Origin: Octopus bimaculoides
Taxonomy: Eukaryota
Direction of reading: 5' to 3'
DNA length: 64,000 nt
NCBI RefSeq assembly: GCF_001194135.2
Contig: NC_068986.1
Location: forward strand, 76,615,401-76,679,400
Made by a program: the position numbers and the translations under genes. Under the pieces are notes generated by a model. That model saw only the letters and a list, made by a program, of their open reading frames with translations, had not been told where the DNA came from and made no database searches. Below, one piece after another: positions 13,738 to 26,301 of this stretch (positions are counted from its first letter, which is position 1; each line of letters opens with the position of its first letter).

Positions 13738-15440
13738 AGATGTGGTTTTAGAGTCAAGTTTTGACTGCTATCTCTAGCATGGTGGTATTTTTTAGATACC
13801 CTTAATTATAATTTATATTGTTAATAAAACATATATCAAAAAAGATGCACACCCTAAAGAATAAAACAGTAATTATTTACAACAAAAATTTAAATTTTGG
13901 ACATAATTACCAAAGCCTTCTGGTCAGCTCCTCAGACTTTACAAAGACAAAAAATTTTGAATTGAGATGCTTGTTGTGCCTTGGCATTTGTTGTCCTCTT
14001 TCACAAATAGATATATATATAAAAGAAGTGTGTATAATTATGAATAAATCACACTTATAAGAGGGTTGCAAAAAACCCTGACATGTCTCGAAATAGCAGT
14101 CAAAACTGCTATAAAGCCACTATAACTACTTATATTTTATCTCTTCACAATAAAGCTGTTGGCAGGTGACATGACATAAAATTCAAAACTCAAATAAAAG
14201 GTTAATTCTCTATTGTAATTTCGAAGTGAGGAACTAAAACGGTTCCACTTTTCTCTTCAAGAGAACATTCCTGTAGATACAAATTAACACAAAAATCATA
14301 CCTTGAGGCTTACATGTGTCCTGGCCGGCAAGAATAATGTGTCATCCTCTGTCTACACATTCAAATTAGTTGCAGTCAAAAAAGATAATGTGTGATATGG
14401 TTGTTTGATTAGTTCGTGCATTCTCTGACTTCTCTTTGTTCTTGTTTATAGACCAAACATTATAAAACATTATAAACACTATATCATTCTAGAAGTTCTT
14501 ATAATGAGCAAAGAACTTTAGACAAGAATGTCCTCTTGTCTATAATGTTTAAATGACATATAGTAATATTTTAACAATGCCTTCACCTCTTCTTCTTCAT
14601 CATCATTTTCATCATCATCATCATTTAACATCCACTTTTCCATGCTAGTAGTGTGATCTGACTAACGGTGATCCATGTTTCATGGAGCCTGCTTCTTGAA
14701 AAAAGTTGCCCAAGCCTGATGTAGAGGACCCCCACCTCCTTGGACTTGTTTACTTGGGGTTGATAAACTAAGGAACAGTAATTGTTAATCAACAGTACTT
14801 GGTTATATGGCAGTGGATGGCTTGGCATTTTTATGTTGCAATTTCAAATCCTGCTGAGGCCAGCTTTTCTTTTCAACTTTACAAAGTCAATGAAATAAAG
14901 TTCTGGTTTGGTACTGGTTCATATTAATTGATTGATATTGGTGTCTCTTAGCAGAAGACTATTGTTGAAAATCATGAATGATTCTTCCTAGAATTGCCTG
15001 CAGTTTAACCCCCTTTGGTGCTATGATACAAATTCCTTGTTTTATAGTTATCTTAATTAAAACTTTATGAAAATTTTATGTTAATTCATGTTCCAAACAC
15101 CAGATTAGTAATGACAAACTTATTTTACTAAATCCTTCCTTATTTTCAAAATTAATTGAAACATAAGCAGCATACTCCAATGGTCACAATATTTCTAGTA
15201 AAGAAGTCTCTCTCTTTCTCTCTCTAACCCACACACACATGCACACCACTTCCATGGGGGTGCTTTTGTCTAGATTTATTTCCATTCATTTGTTCTACTT
15301 TTGTCTCCATCTCTCCCCTATACTCTGTTAAGAAGGCCAATGTCTCAAACATCATAACAATTAACTCTTCATATCTCTGAGATCAAGCCAATAATTTTGA
15401 CTGTGAGCTTATCCTGTTTTTTTTTTATGTATGGTGCATG

Positions 15441-17045
15441 TGTTACAACTTGAACTTACAACTACATGTTATGTGTCATTCAGTCTATCGTATGTGTGTG
15501 TATGGTGGTTAGTTCTGATTGGTTCTTTTCCTATCTATAAAACCTGCTGTAATTTGTTTTGCAAAAATAAATGTTTTTTAAGCCAGTCTTATCTACAGCA
15601 TGTGTTCGGTGTTCTGTTTTCATTAGGCTATGGCCTGAATTACATATTACTGGAATAGGACTGGTACTTATTAATTGGCGACGAGGATAGACATGTGTGC
15701 TATGCTGCATTTACCCATACAACTGTGGAGTACTACTTCAGACGAACCATCCCCCACTATATGGAATTGCTGGAAACGTTCGTTTTTGGATTATTTAGAA
15801 CTACTTCCGATACTACAACCAACCATGAATTTATCAGAATGTCACAAAATAAAGTTATTACACCAATTTTTCAGGGAAGAAGGACAAAGACACTTCAGCA
15901 CCTTGAGAATTATGGAATTTGCCACATTAACTAAGGTGTTTGGTTTACTGAATGAACTTTGTGGATCTGCTAGAAATGTGTACACAGCATGTTACTGTTT
16001 TACAAAATTAAATCAGAAACCTGAAAAAGATTGCAATGATTTCATTGCCAGAATACAACCTGCTTTACCTGAGTGTGAATACAATCTGATTCCTCCAAAA
16101 ATGTTTGAAAACGAAATGGCTTTGCAATGTCTGCTTTCTGGTATTCGTGATGAGACTGCCTGTTCTAAATTGCTTTCGGAAGAAGAATTAAAACTTACTT
16201 GGGAATGAGCCTGTGCTATAGTTCATCAAAGCGAAAACATTTCACATAAGCTAAATTTTCTATACAAACAGAGGCAGATGCTGTGCAATCTATTACATCT
16301 ACAAAAACTCAGTCTTACAGAAAAACAGTTTACTTGTTATTGTTGTAGATTTAAACACTATTCTCCATCTGAGTGCTGGCATCAGCAAACTGTTTACCAT
16401 TTATGTGGTAAAACTGGTTATCTTGCCAGAGTTTGTCGTACACAGAACAATGAACAAAGACATTTGGTGTGAACAATAAAAACAAATCTGGAAAACCAAT
16501 ACCAAGATTTCGCTTTAAATTCAGTATTAAACACTAATCTTAACACTACAGTCCGACCACCTCCGTAATTGTAGGTCAGTCAGTATGCATGGAAATTGAC
16601 ATGGGCGCTTCAGTCTCTATTGTTACCACTCATTCTGTCAGCTGTTTACCACCACTTTCTGCAAACTGCTCAACTTTGAAAACATATACCAGGCAAGAAA
16701 TCCCAATAATTGGAGTTTGCAATGTAAATGTGCAACATGGTGTGGTCAAACGTGTTCTACCCATATACGTAACCACCGGAAAACGTCCAAACCTGTTGGA
16801 TCGTGATTGGTTATGACAATTACCTGGTACACTCACTGTGATTAAAACTGTTTGTGATACACTATCGTTGGAACAACTGAAAAAGGAATACTGTACTTTG
16901 TTTGACACCAAGCTTGGAAAATTGAATGGATTTAAAGCAAACATAAATTTACTTTCCAACATGTCACCATGGGTTTGTAAAGCTTGAACACTTCCATACG
17001 CTTTGCTGCTAGAAGTGGAAGCCGAATTATAACGTTTACACTGAA
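15441..17045 (+). mobile_element. Ty3/Gypsy (Mag-like) LTR retrotransposon relic: putative 5' LTR, PBS, gag, zinc knuckles, protease and start of RT; 3'-truncated
   Basis: Gag-like ORF 15675-16208; degenerate CCHC knuckles 'CYCCRFKHYSPSECWH...HLCGKTGYLARVC' in ORF 16278-16472; protease 'EIDMGASVS' (DTG-like) and 'PNLLDRDWL' in ORF 16589-16816; RT start 'LFDTKLGKLNGF...TLPYAL'; multiple stops. Confidence 0.85.
15676..15688 (+). other. Primer-binding site complementary to the tRNA-Ser(GCU) 3' end
   Basis: TGGCGACGAGGAT immediately upstream of gag. The metazoan tRNA-Ser(GCU) 3' end is ...AUCCUCGUCGCCA (recalled, not searched). Confidence 0.75.
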
Positions 17046-17924
17046 AATTTAAAAAATCTAAAACAAAAAAAAAAAGAATCCATTTTAAAGCAACCTTGAA
17101 CTTGAGATTTCTTTTTGATATAATGGTCACTGAACATAAAAGCTGTGTAAGTTGGCTTAAAAATATATGTTACTAACAAAAACAATTTGGTGATTTAGCC
17201 ACTGGCTTAAAAGAATTGTAATCTTCTTAGAATCTGTAGCATACCAGCCAACAACAACTCTGAATTAAAAATCTTGGTAACTTTATCATGTTATCAGTTG
17301 TACTAAAGATAGGTATTACACCATGTCACTCAAAGCCACACCACATCTCATCCCCATGGGTATTTTTTCTTGTAAGGTGACTAATCTCTTTAAATACGGT
17401 GATTCCCAAAGTTCAGTTCAAAAGAAAAGACACACACACACACATACTCATGCACAAAAATATAAAATATAAAAAGAAGGAAAGGAAGCAGCATCTCATA
17501 TAAAATGTAATATGTACTTTATGTTACTTTAAGATTTAGAAGTGGCTTTTTTTCCCCCTGAAAAAGGAAGGAAAAATAGAAAATCTGCAACCAGCCAAGA
17601 TATTAGATTAGTCATTATAATGACTAATTTGTTATTTAGTCTGGGTTTTTATGATTGAGAGATGGGAAATTAAATTATCGTTATAAGATTCAGTAAGACA
17701 GGTGTGTGATTATCTGGTTAAAAAAAGAAAAAAAGGCAAAGCTCTATCTCCTCCCTGCTTTCCTACCTTCTCTTCCTCACACTCACCACCTTCCACTCTC
17801 TGATTTTATCACCAGTTTCTCTGCCCTCTTACTAGCATTTGTAGGCTGCAGTAATTAAAGAGATTTATATCTCCAGGGTGAATAGAACAAAAGAAAAACC
17901 CACCTCTTCTTGATCAGCTGGAGC

Positions 17925-17950
<26 letters not shown>

Positions 17951-17955
<5 letters not shown>

Positions 17956-18168
17956 TATTCAGACAAATACATAACAAAAACACCAGGACTTACAAATATA
18001 TATAACATACAGAAAATTGCACTACTGGGTACTGCGCACATTCTACGCAAAACACTTTCAATACAGTAAACATAAGAGCACCACAGCAAACCACAGCACA
18101 TACCCAAGGTGCACAGAGCTGTGCTCGGTAGTGAAGTGAAAGGACGTTATAAAAATAAAACTATTGAA
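17951..18168 (+). mobile_element. 5'-truncated R4/Dong-like (RLE) non-LTR retrotransposon 3' end
   Basis: Translates to 'PGLTNIYNIQKIALLGTAHILRKTLSIQ*', matching the R4/Dong C-terminal pattern LQKxxLLGTAHILR; flanked by (AAT)n on both sides. Confidence 0.75.
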
Positions 18169-18355
18169 CAATAATAATAATAATAATAATAATGATAATA
18201 ATAGTAATAATAGTAGTAATAATAATAATGATAATAATAGTAATAATAGTAGTAATAATAATAAAGATAATAATAATGATAATAATAGTAATAATAGTAG
18301 TAGTAATAATAATAATAATAATAATAATAATGATAATAATAGTAATAATAGTAGT

Positions 18356-18397
<42 letters not shown>

Positions 18398-18398
18398 C
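18169..18398. repeat. (AAT)n microsatellite with ~36-bp higher-order units
   Basis: Repeating 'aataataataatgataataatagtaataatagtagt'. Confidence 0.9.
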
Positions 18399-18638
18399 AG
18401 TAATGGAGCAATGGTGTTCATGTGATGCACAGATATTTAAAAGCACCTCTTCACTTTGCGTGTATGTATGTATTTCCAAAACTTAGGAGCATCTTTTTAT
18501 TCGTCTGTATCTTTCATGGTGTTCAGTGTGTGTGTAAGAGTATTATTATAAATGTAGTTAATAGTCATTATCATTTAAAAATATATATATTGTATCTATC
18601 TATCTATTATCTATCTATCTATCATCTATCTATCTATC

Positions 18639-18673
<35 letters not shown>

Positions 18674-19176
18674 GTATATATATATATATATGTATATGAC
18701 AAACAAGATGTGGAGTTCACAACTGCATCATAGACATCCCGTCTGAGAAGACAATAATTCTGAATAAGAAGTAATACAGGGAGTCTTACCATAGACCGCC
18801 TCTTTAGTGCTGGTAGCATGGTGAAAGGTAGCTTGTCCACTCTTGTAAATTGGTTGGGTATAGGAATGGTATCCAGCTCTTAAAAAAATAAGAAAACTGC
18901 AAAAAAGTAAACAAAAAAAAAAGGGACATACACAAGAAAGTTGGCCAGTGTTTGTGTTTGCTAGATGACAATGGATGTGATGAGTGTTGCTATGAAACAT
19001 CAAATCCATACTTGCATGAAAGAATGGGTGTAAAATGGCAATGCTAATTAACAAACACACACACACGCACGCACGCANNNNNNNNNNNNNNNNNNNNNNN
19101 NNNNNNNNNNNNNNNNNNNNNNNNNNNNNNNNNNNNNNNNNNNCACACACACACACACACACACACACACTTAAAC

Positions 19177-20600
19177 CTAGATGTGATATAGTTTGGCTTC
19201 ATTCTTGGAAGAAATACCACAGATGCAATCTTCCTAATTAAGAAACTGAGTGGGAAATAATTAGCTAAGAATAAGCCACCATTCCTGGCATTCATTTACT
19301 TGGAGAAGGTGTTTGACAGGGTATCGCATTCAATAACTTAGTGGTCATTAAGGAAACCCTGTGCAGACAATTGGCCTGTGAGGGCTATGCAAGCTATATG
19401 CTAAGATACAGTAAGTAAAGTGAGGGCCATACTGATGATCTAGTTCTTGTAGACTAATCTACTTTGGAATTCAAGAGGAATTCCTGAAGCCGAACCTAGA
19501 ATTGAGAAGCCTTGAAGTAAGTAAACTTAGCAAGGGCTAAGATTTTAGTAAGTAGGAAAAAAGACAGGATGCTTGGTATCATCAGGAAAATAGTCTTGCT
19601 TGATATTCAGAAAAGGTGTAGGTATAAACCCTCTGCCCTGCACCCAGTGTAAGCTATGGATAAACAACAGGTTTAGTGGATCCACAAGCAGACTAACAGA
19701 CAATGTAAGCTTTGTACATGATGGATGCACTGAAGCAATATATACTTGAAGCACACTGGAATTAGATTCTCATAAATGCCCAAATAGCTCACTAGAAATG
19801 ATTAATAGCTTTTGTTACCTGATAGTTGTAATTAGCAGGGGAGGTAGTTTTTCTGAAAGTAGCCATCTCTTCCCTAAGAGTAGCAATCACCTCCTTAAAA
19901 GTAGCCAGAGTAAAAATGGGTTAGGAAAAGTTCAGAGAATTATTACTACTGTTGCTAACAAAGGTTTTTTCCTTAAGGGTGAAAGGTAGATTATATATAG
20001 TGTATGTTAGAACTGCAATGCTGCATGGTAGCAAGACATGGGCCTTGAATGCAGAAGATTTTCCAGGATTAGAAAGAAAGATGGGCCTTGAATGCAGAAG
20101 ATTTTCCAGGATTAGAAAGAAAGATGGGCCTTGAATGCAGAAGATTTTCCAGGATTAGAAAGAAAGACATGAGCCTTGAATGCAGAAGATTTTCCAGGAT
20201 TAGAAAGAAAGACATGGGCCTTGAATGCAGAAGATTTTCCAGGATTAAAAAGAAATGAAGACATGGGCCTTGAATGCAGAAGATTTTCCAGGATTAGAAA
20301 GAAAGACATGGGCCTTGAATGCAGAAGATTTTCCAGGATTAGAAAGAAATGAAACTATCATGCTGGGATGCTGCACTGGTATTGGTCTGTGATGCTTATG
20401 GAGGATAACTTCTACATACAAAAGTGCTGAGCATTCTAAGCTCAGCACTTTTGTACTGAACCTGTGGAGGAGGGAGACTAAGAAGGACTTGGGACAAAGT
20501 GGTGAAGGTTGACTTGAAGATGCTATATCTCACTGAGATGATAAATGATTGTGGTGAGTGGTGATATGCAGTATTACAGAAGACCTACCAACTGATGGGA
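19177..20600 (+). mobile_element. RTE-clade LINE relic (RT and C-terminal region, internally deleted)
   Basis: 'FILGRNTTDAIFLIKKL...FLAFIYLEKVFDRVSHS...WSLRK', 'DSFCYL..VISRGGS', 'KFRELL', 'KGFSLRVKGRLY...RTAMLHGSKTWAL', 'LHWYWSV'; stops and frameshifts. Confidence 0.9.
20036..20353 (+). repeat. Seven tandem copies of a 43-49-bp unit inside the RTE relic
   Basis: Units begin at 20038, 20081, 20124, 20169, 20214, 20263 and 20308: 'atgggccttgaatgcagaagattttccaggattagaaagaaag(ac)'. Confidence 0.95.
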
Positions 20601-20642
20601 AAAAAGTACTCCAACTGTAATTCATATGTGATATATATATAG

Positions 20643-20675
<33 letters not shown>

Positions 20676-21294
20676 CATGATACTATGTGAGCAGTGTTTG
20701 ATGAATGTGCTGGAACAATGTTTGGCATGTTCTCAATACATGAAACTAATAGTAGCACATAAAAACATAATATATACATTATATAGCTAATATATACATT
20801 ATAGAAGTCCTTAGCCTTGCAAGTTACAAGGTGATCATCATTAGTGTTGATTCCATGAAAGAAGCACTTAGTACACTCTGTAAAGTGGTTGGCATTAGGA
20901 AGGGCATCCAACCATAGAAACCATGCCAAAGGAGATGTTGGTGCATGACACAATTTTCAGATTCATCAGTCTCTATCAAGATGTCAACTGGCATAATTGA
21001 TGGAACAATAGCAAAAAAATGTTTTGTGGCATTTCATTACATTTCTTTGTGTTATGATTTCATACCTTATTAAGGTCTCCTTAGTCTTTAGTCTTTCTGG
21101 TAGTGGTTGATAAAATACCAGTCTGGATTGAATCAACTTTATTCTTCAGCTATTTTTCAGATTTGGGTATTTGTAACTGGAGTTGGGGATCTAGTTGACC
21201 TAATGTGAATCCAGAAGCTGGCAGGGGACTATGTTATTCACCTTCATGAAGACAAAATCAAGAGTAAAACATAGTAGACAGAAATATTGAGTTT

Positions 21295-21465
21295 AAATTT
21301 TGGCACCAGGGCAGCGGATAAGTCAATTACATCGATCCCCAGTGTTCAACTGGTAATTATTTTATCAACCCTGAAAGGATGAAAGGCTAAGTTGACCTTG
21401 GCAGAATTTGTGCTGCTAAACATTTTGCTTGGCTTGCTAATGATTCTACCAGCTCGCTGCCTTAG
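21295..21465 (+). mobile_element. SINE family B
   Basis: 'aattttggcaccagg...gtcaattacatcgatccccagtgttcaactggtaattattttatcaaccctgaaaggatgaaaggc...ctgcc'; related copies at 22615, 40546, 41945, 42700 and 60410. Confidence 0.75.
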
Positions 21466-21708
21466 TTGACAGAAATATTAAATTATGATTTAAAAGCTTA
21501 GCTCAGAGTATGCTATAACAGAATTTAACCCCAGTAACAATGAGAAACCTCTGTGGGCTCATTGATCATCCATAAGGTAGCAACCAAATTTACCTCATAT
21601 CACACTGAACTGTCTTCAAAAAGGAAGGAAAAATTATATAATGTATTCTTAGATAAACTATATCAGGATAAAAAAAATAAATGGATGTATTGGCTATTGC
21701 TGGAGTGA

Positions 21709-21925
21709 CCCTTGAGCTTTCAGATTACTCTGTCAATTGCAATGCTTATTTATTCACATTATTTTGAATTAATCATACGTTAACTTGTAGCTTTGAGATT
21801 TTGATGTGATTGTTTATTTCTAGAATGATATTGTAGGATAAGTGTGAGAGGCCAGATTTGGCCAGTTTGAACATAAAGCAAGTTGAATATTTGGGCAGGA
21901 TATGACTTTTTTTAATGCTGAAAGG
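21709..21925 (-). mobile_element. piggyBac-type MITE family E
   Basis: Reverse-orientation homolog of 32871-33089; TTAA at 21926-29. Confidence 0.7.
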
Positions 21926-22059
21926 TTAAACAACAATAACAATCATAACAGAGGAAGAAGTTTAAAAAATACAGCATGTGGTGCTCCAGCATGACCACAT
22001 CCTTAGGGCTGAAACACATTACAGAATAACTGAATAATGTGGTGATAATAAAGAAATTT

Positions 22060-22590
22060 GCAGTAGTCTAGAAACAGTGTTTAACGGTGCAGTAGTCACA
22101 AAAATGCATTCAAAGATGCTGTAACCAGAGAAACATTTAGCAGCACTGTAGCCAGAGCAACATTTAATAGTGCAGTAGTCATAGAAACAATGTTTAACTG
22201 TGTTAACAGTGTAGTAGCCAGAGAAACATTTTACAGTGCAGTAGTCAGAGAAACAACGTTTAACAGTGCAGTAGCCACAGAAACAAGATTTAACATTGCA
22301 GTAACTAGTGAAACAATATTTAGCAGTGCAGTAGATATAGAAACAGTTAAATGTGTAGCAGTCACAGAAACAGTGTTTAACAGTGCAGCAGTCACAGAAA
22401 CGTTTAACACTGTAGTAGCCTGAGAAACATTTAACAGTGTAGTAGTCACAGAAACAATTAACGGTGCAGTTGCTAGAGAGCAGCATTTAACAGTGAGGTG
22501 GTCATAGGAATATTTAACCATGTAGTAGTCACAAAAACAATTAACAGTATAGTAGTCAAAGAAACAACATTTGACAGAAGCATTTAACAA
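22060..22590. repeat. 27/30-bp minisatellite, about 17 degenerate units
   Basis: Consensus approx. 'tttaacagtgcagtagtcacagaaaca(atg)'. Confidence 0.9.
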
Positions 22591-22614
22591 TCATTACTGT
22601 GCCAGAATCTTTAC

Positions 22615-22800
22615 TGTGACAGGCAAAATGCTTAGCAGCATTTCGCCTGTCTTTATATTTTATGTTCAAATTTTGCTGAGGTTGACTCTGACTTTCATCC
22701 TTTCAGGGTCGATAAAATAGATACCAGTTGAGCACTGGGGTCAATGTAATCGACTTACCCCTTCCCCAAAATTGCTAGCCTTGTGCCAAAATTTGAAACC
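22615..22800 (-). mobile_element. SINE family B
   Basis: Reverse complement of the family B consensus ('tttcatcctttcagggtcgataaaatagataccagttgagcactggggtcaatgtaatcgactt...ccttgtgccaaaatttgaaa'). Confidence 0.8.
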
Positions 22801-22944
22801 GATGTTTAGCTCTGCAGACTCATTTGTGAGACATGATTAGATATTGTCTTGAAGAAGAATTATCTCAATGTAAGACATAAGCATTGTAAACTATGATATA
22901 TTTTGTTGATTATTTTTGTTTTTTGGCAATATTTCTTTGCATAA

Positions 22945-23173
22945 CCCTTTTGATACCAAACTGTCCGAGACCCCGCCCATTCCCTAATTCTATAATACAA
23001 ACTTCCTGTTTTTAAGTATTCTAAATCAAAACCTCCCAACAAAATTTCATGTTAATTTATGTTTCAAATGCCAGATTGACAATGATGAAGTTATTTTACA
23101 AAATTCTTTATTATTTTCACAATTAATTAAAACAAAAGCAGTGTAGTTCAACAAAAATATAGTAACAAAATGG
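22945..23173. mobile_element. Second piggyBac-type MITE family (F)
   Basis: Left 'ataa|cccttttgatac', right 'gtaacaaaatgg|ttaa'; a related decayed copy lies at about 15009-15205. Confidence 0.6.
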
Positions 23174-23876
23174 TTAAATAGTTTTACCAGGATTCCACTG
23201 CTAACAAGCAAGCAGTAACCATAACTTCTAATGCAGCTTCAGTGCAACAGTGTTTTGGTGCTTCACTTCAGTCTAGCTACTGTGTAGAATATTGTCAGTC
23301 ATTGTATTGAATCCATTTTCTTTAGGTTTTTCAATATGATCTAAAAATGGATTGTTTATTGCACAAAAGAAGCACAAACCAGACTCTTTAGAACAACAAT
23401 ATATATATATATTTTTTTTGGTGTTCAGCTTGTGCAGCACCATTTACCAAGCTTGTTTGTTTTTTTTTGTTGCTTTTGTTTTTATTCGACATTGTCTCCT
23501 TTCTTTCTCTATATTGTCTCCATTCGTTCAAGATAGCATGACAAAGATATTTATAGAAGAGTAAGTACTGAAAGAGAAAAAAAAAACCAGGATTGGAGGG
23601 TGATAGAAGAGAGAATATAATGGGAGAAAAATAATGAGAAGAATAAGAGATTGAAAAGGAGAGAGTAATGGGTAAGAGAAAGTGATAAACTGTTGCTATG
23701 TGTTGATTATTTGTTAGGAAACTGGCTAGAAAGGGTATGAATGGTGTTATGGGGCAGAGAGGGAGAGAGAGAGAGAGAGAGAAAAGAAGATAGGCAGGGT
23801 AATAGAAAAGGGAGTTGTAGAAGTAACAAAAATGTAAACAATGAGTGATAGGAGTAATGTGTGTGCGTGAGAGAAA

Positions 23877-23930
<54 letters not shown>

Positions 23931-24184
23931 CAGAAAGAGAGTAAGTAATATCAATATGGAGTGGTAGGCTGACACATAAAAGAATATATCTTATGTATAC
24001 ATACCTACATATATATATATCTTATGTATACATATATATATGATGCAGGTAGGGGAAAAATCCAATCTGTTTCCTCTTGAAGCACATTAGCTTATTCCAC
24101 TATTAGAATTTAGTATGTATTGCTGTATTGATGCGAGATACATATTAGAGTTGAAAATTCTGGAAATATTGTTTGCAGTATTAT

Positions 24185-24448
24185 TATATAGCAAAACAGG
24201 AATCTGGAAATGTTTTTGGTATTATTTATTTACCATTACACATGTTTCATTTACTAATAGGAATCACAAAATTTTACATGTTGGATAAACATGTAAGAAA
24301 TTTCCTATTAGAAATTCTGTCTGAAAAATTTGTAATAGGGAATTTCTTACATGTTTCTCCTACATGTACAATTTTATAACTGTTATTAGCAAATGAAACA
24401 TGTCCAATGGTGAGTAAATACCAAAAATTTTTCCAAATTCCTGTTTTG

Positions 24449-24455
<7 letters not shown>
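24185..24455. mobile_element. Foldback element / long-TIR MITE (~130-bp inverted arms, 10-nt loop)
   Basis: 24185-24316 is an imperfect reverse complement of 24327-24455 (about 80% by eye); TA runs at both ends. Confidence 0.8.
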
Positions 24456-24500
<45 letters not shown>

Positions 24501-26055
24501 TGGTAGCTAGCAAGTAATAGAGAAGAGTAATGATACGGGTGATTAAAAGTGAGATTAAGGTAAGAGGTATTGTGGCAATAGATGTAAATCTGGAGAGTGT
24601 GTGCTGTAAAGTGATGAAGAGATGATAGTCTCATTTCACCGGCAGTGTGATGGAAGATAGAGGCATAATGATAGGATAGGAGAGAGAAGAAAAGGGTGAT
24701 ATATATATATATATATATACATATGGTATTAATATGAACATAATGAGCAAGACGGACTCATGTGGATATTATATGTGTCACCCACCATCACCACCACCAT
24801 TTTTTAAATCTGCTTTTCCATGCATGGTTTACACTGGGCTTCTCCAGCATAGTCCAGCTAGCAACCCAAATTTACAGATTAAACTAGATATTCAGCTGTT
24901 TCCAGCAAACTATTAATATTGCTAAATTCAAAGTAAATTTTTGACTCAAAAGGAAAAAAAAAAAAAAGTGATTATGTTTCACTCTAGTTAAATAATAATA
25001 AGCTATTTATTTAAATTAAAATCGTGTTAATAAAAAAAAAAACAATGAGCAGATGTTATATTTGATGTAATAAGTATATTAGTATACCTGTCTGAACTTT
25101 TCATTGAAATGATTGAGGTTTTAATCCATAATTATAATTCAAGTTAATACAACAATATTTCATTTTTTAAACCTTATAGTTGTTATTATTCTAGTCTGAC
25201 TTATATTAATGACTATAATTATTATCTTGATTGAAGTCTTTGTATTTTTAATATTAATCTGAAAATTGGAAATCTCCCTTTCTGACCGTTTTATTTTTCA
25301 TTTAGTAATATAGTATCTTGTAAGAATTTCTAAGTTTGTTCCTCATCTGTTTTCTTCTTGGCCTGTTGTTCTATTTGATACAACTTTAGTTTCTTCAAGT
25401 CAGTGGAAAATTTGTCTAGCTTTGTCTTTGTTTTAATTTGCACTTGAACTATTAAACATTTAATTAAGTGGAAGATTAACCATAATTAATGTATTGAACT
25501 CCTCCAAAATGTTCAGTTAACTAAAATTACATGTATAGAGAAGAAAAAATACAAATCATTATTGTTAGTGTTTAATTCTGGCCAAGAAAGACAAGGGAGA
25601 AAACTCCAAAATCCAATTGAATTAAAAATTGAGTTGGGGAAGAGAATGTAGTGAGTTGGGTGGGTTGGTTGATAAATATGATCTTGGGCAAGTATGGTCA
25701 TACTCTTTTATATAGAATTAATTGTATATTGCATTTTATAATTTATAGATACTTATTCACACATTTTTCTAGTGTTGAAACTGTTTATACAGTATTTTCC
25801 AGTTTACAAGTCGAATTTTTCTTACCAAAACTTACAGTGAAAAAAGATAGGGCAACTTATTCACCAAGACAGCTTTAGTAGACTAATAATTTTATGTGGA
25901 ATGCAGCTGGAGTTGGAAAGATGACGATGGTGTTTGAATGTTTACACTATGTATTATGTTGACTTGTATGCTGGAAAATACTCTATCTGTATGAAGGCTG
26001 GCAGGCTGAAACATTGAAATCACTATCACCCCTCTTCTTGTAAAAGTATAATACA

Positions 26056-26102
<47 letters not shown>

Positions 26103-26267
26103 ATAATTTCTGCTATAGGCACAAGGCCTGAATTTTTGGTGACAGATGGGGTTAGTCGACTACATCAATCACAGTGCTCTGCTGAATGCTACTAAGCATT
26201 TTGTCTTGTGTACTAACAATTCTGTCAACTTGCTTTATGTGTGTGTGTGTGTGTGTGTGTACACACA

Positions 26268-26301
<34 letters not shown>

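Noticed and set aside
20036-20353. CRISPR-like appearance of regular repeats (also 48600-48950)
   Set aside because: Units are contiguous or the 'spacers' are homologous to each other, they lie inside LINE sequence, there are no cas genes, and the context is eukaryotic.
24261-24410. Small exon candidates with GTAAGA and GTGAGT donors
   Set aside because: They lie within the foldback element arms, and the phases do not link the candidate exons.
25908-25970. 'AGVGKMT' Walker-A-like peptide
   Set aside because: Short frame closed by stops; no further NTPase motifs.
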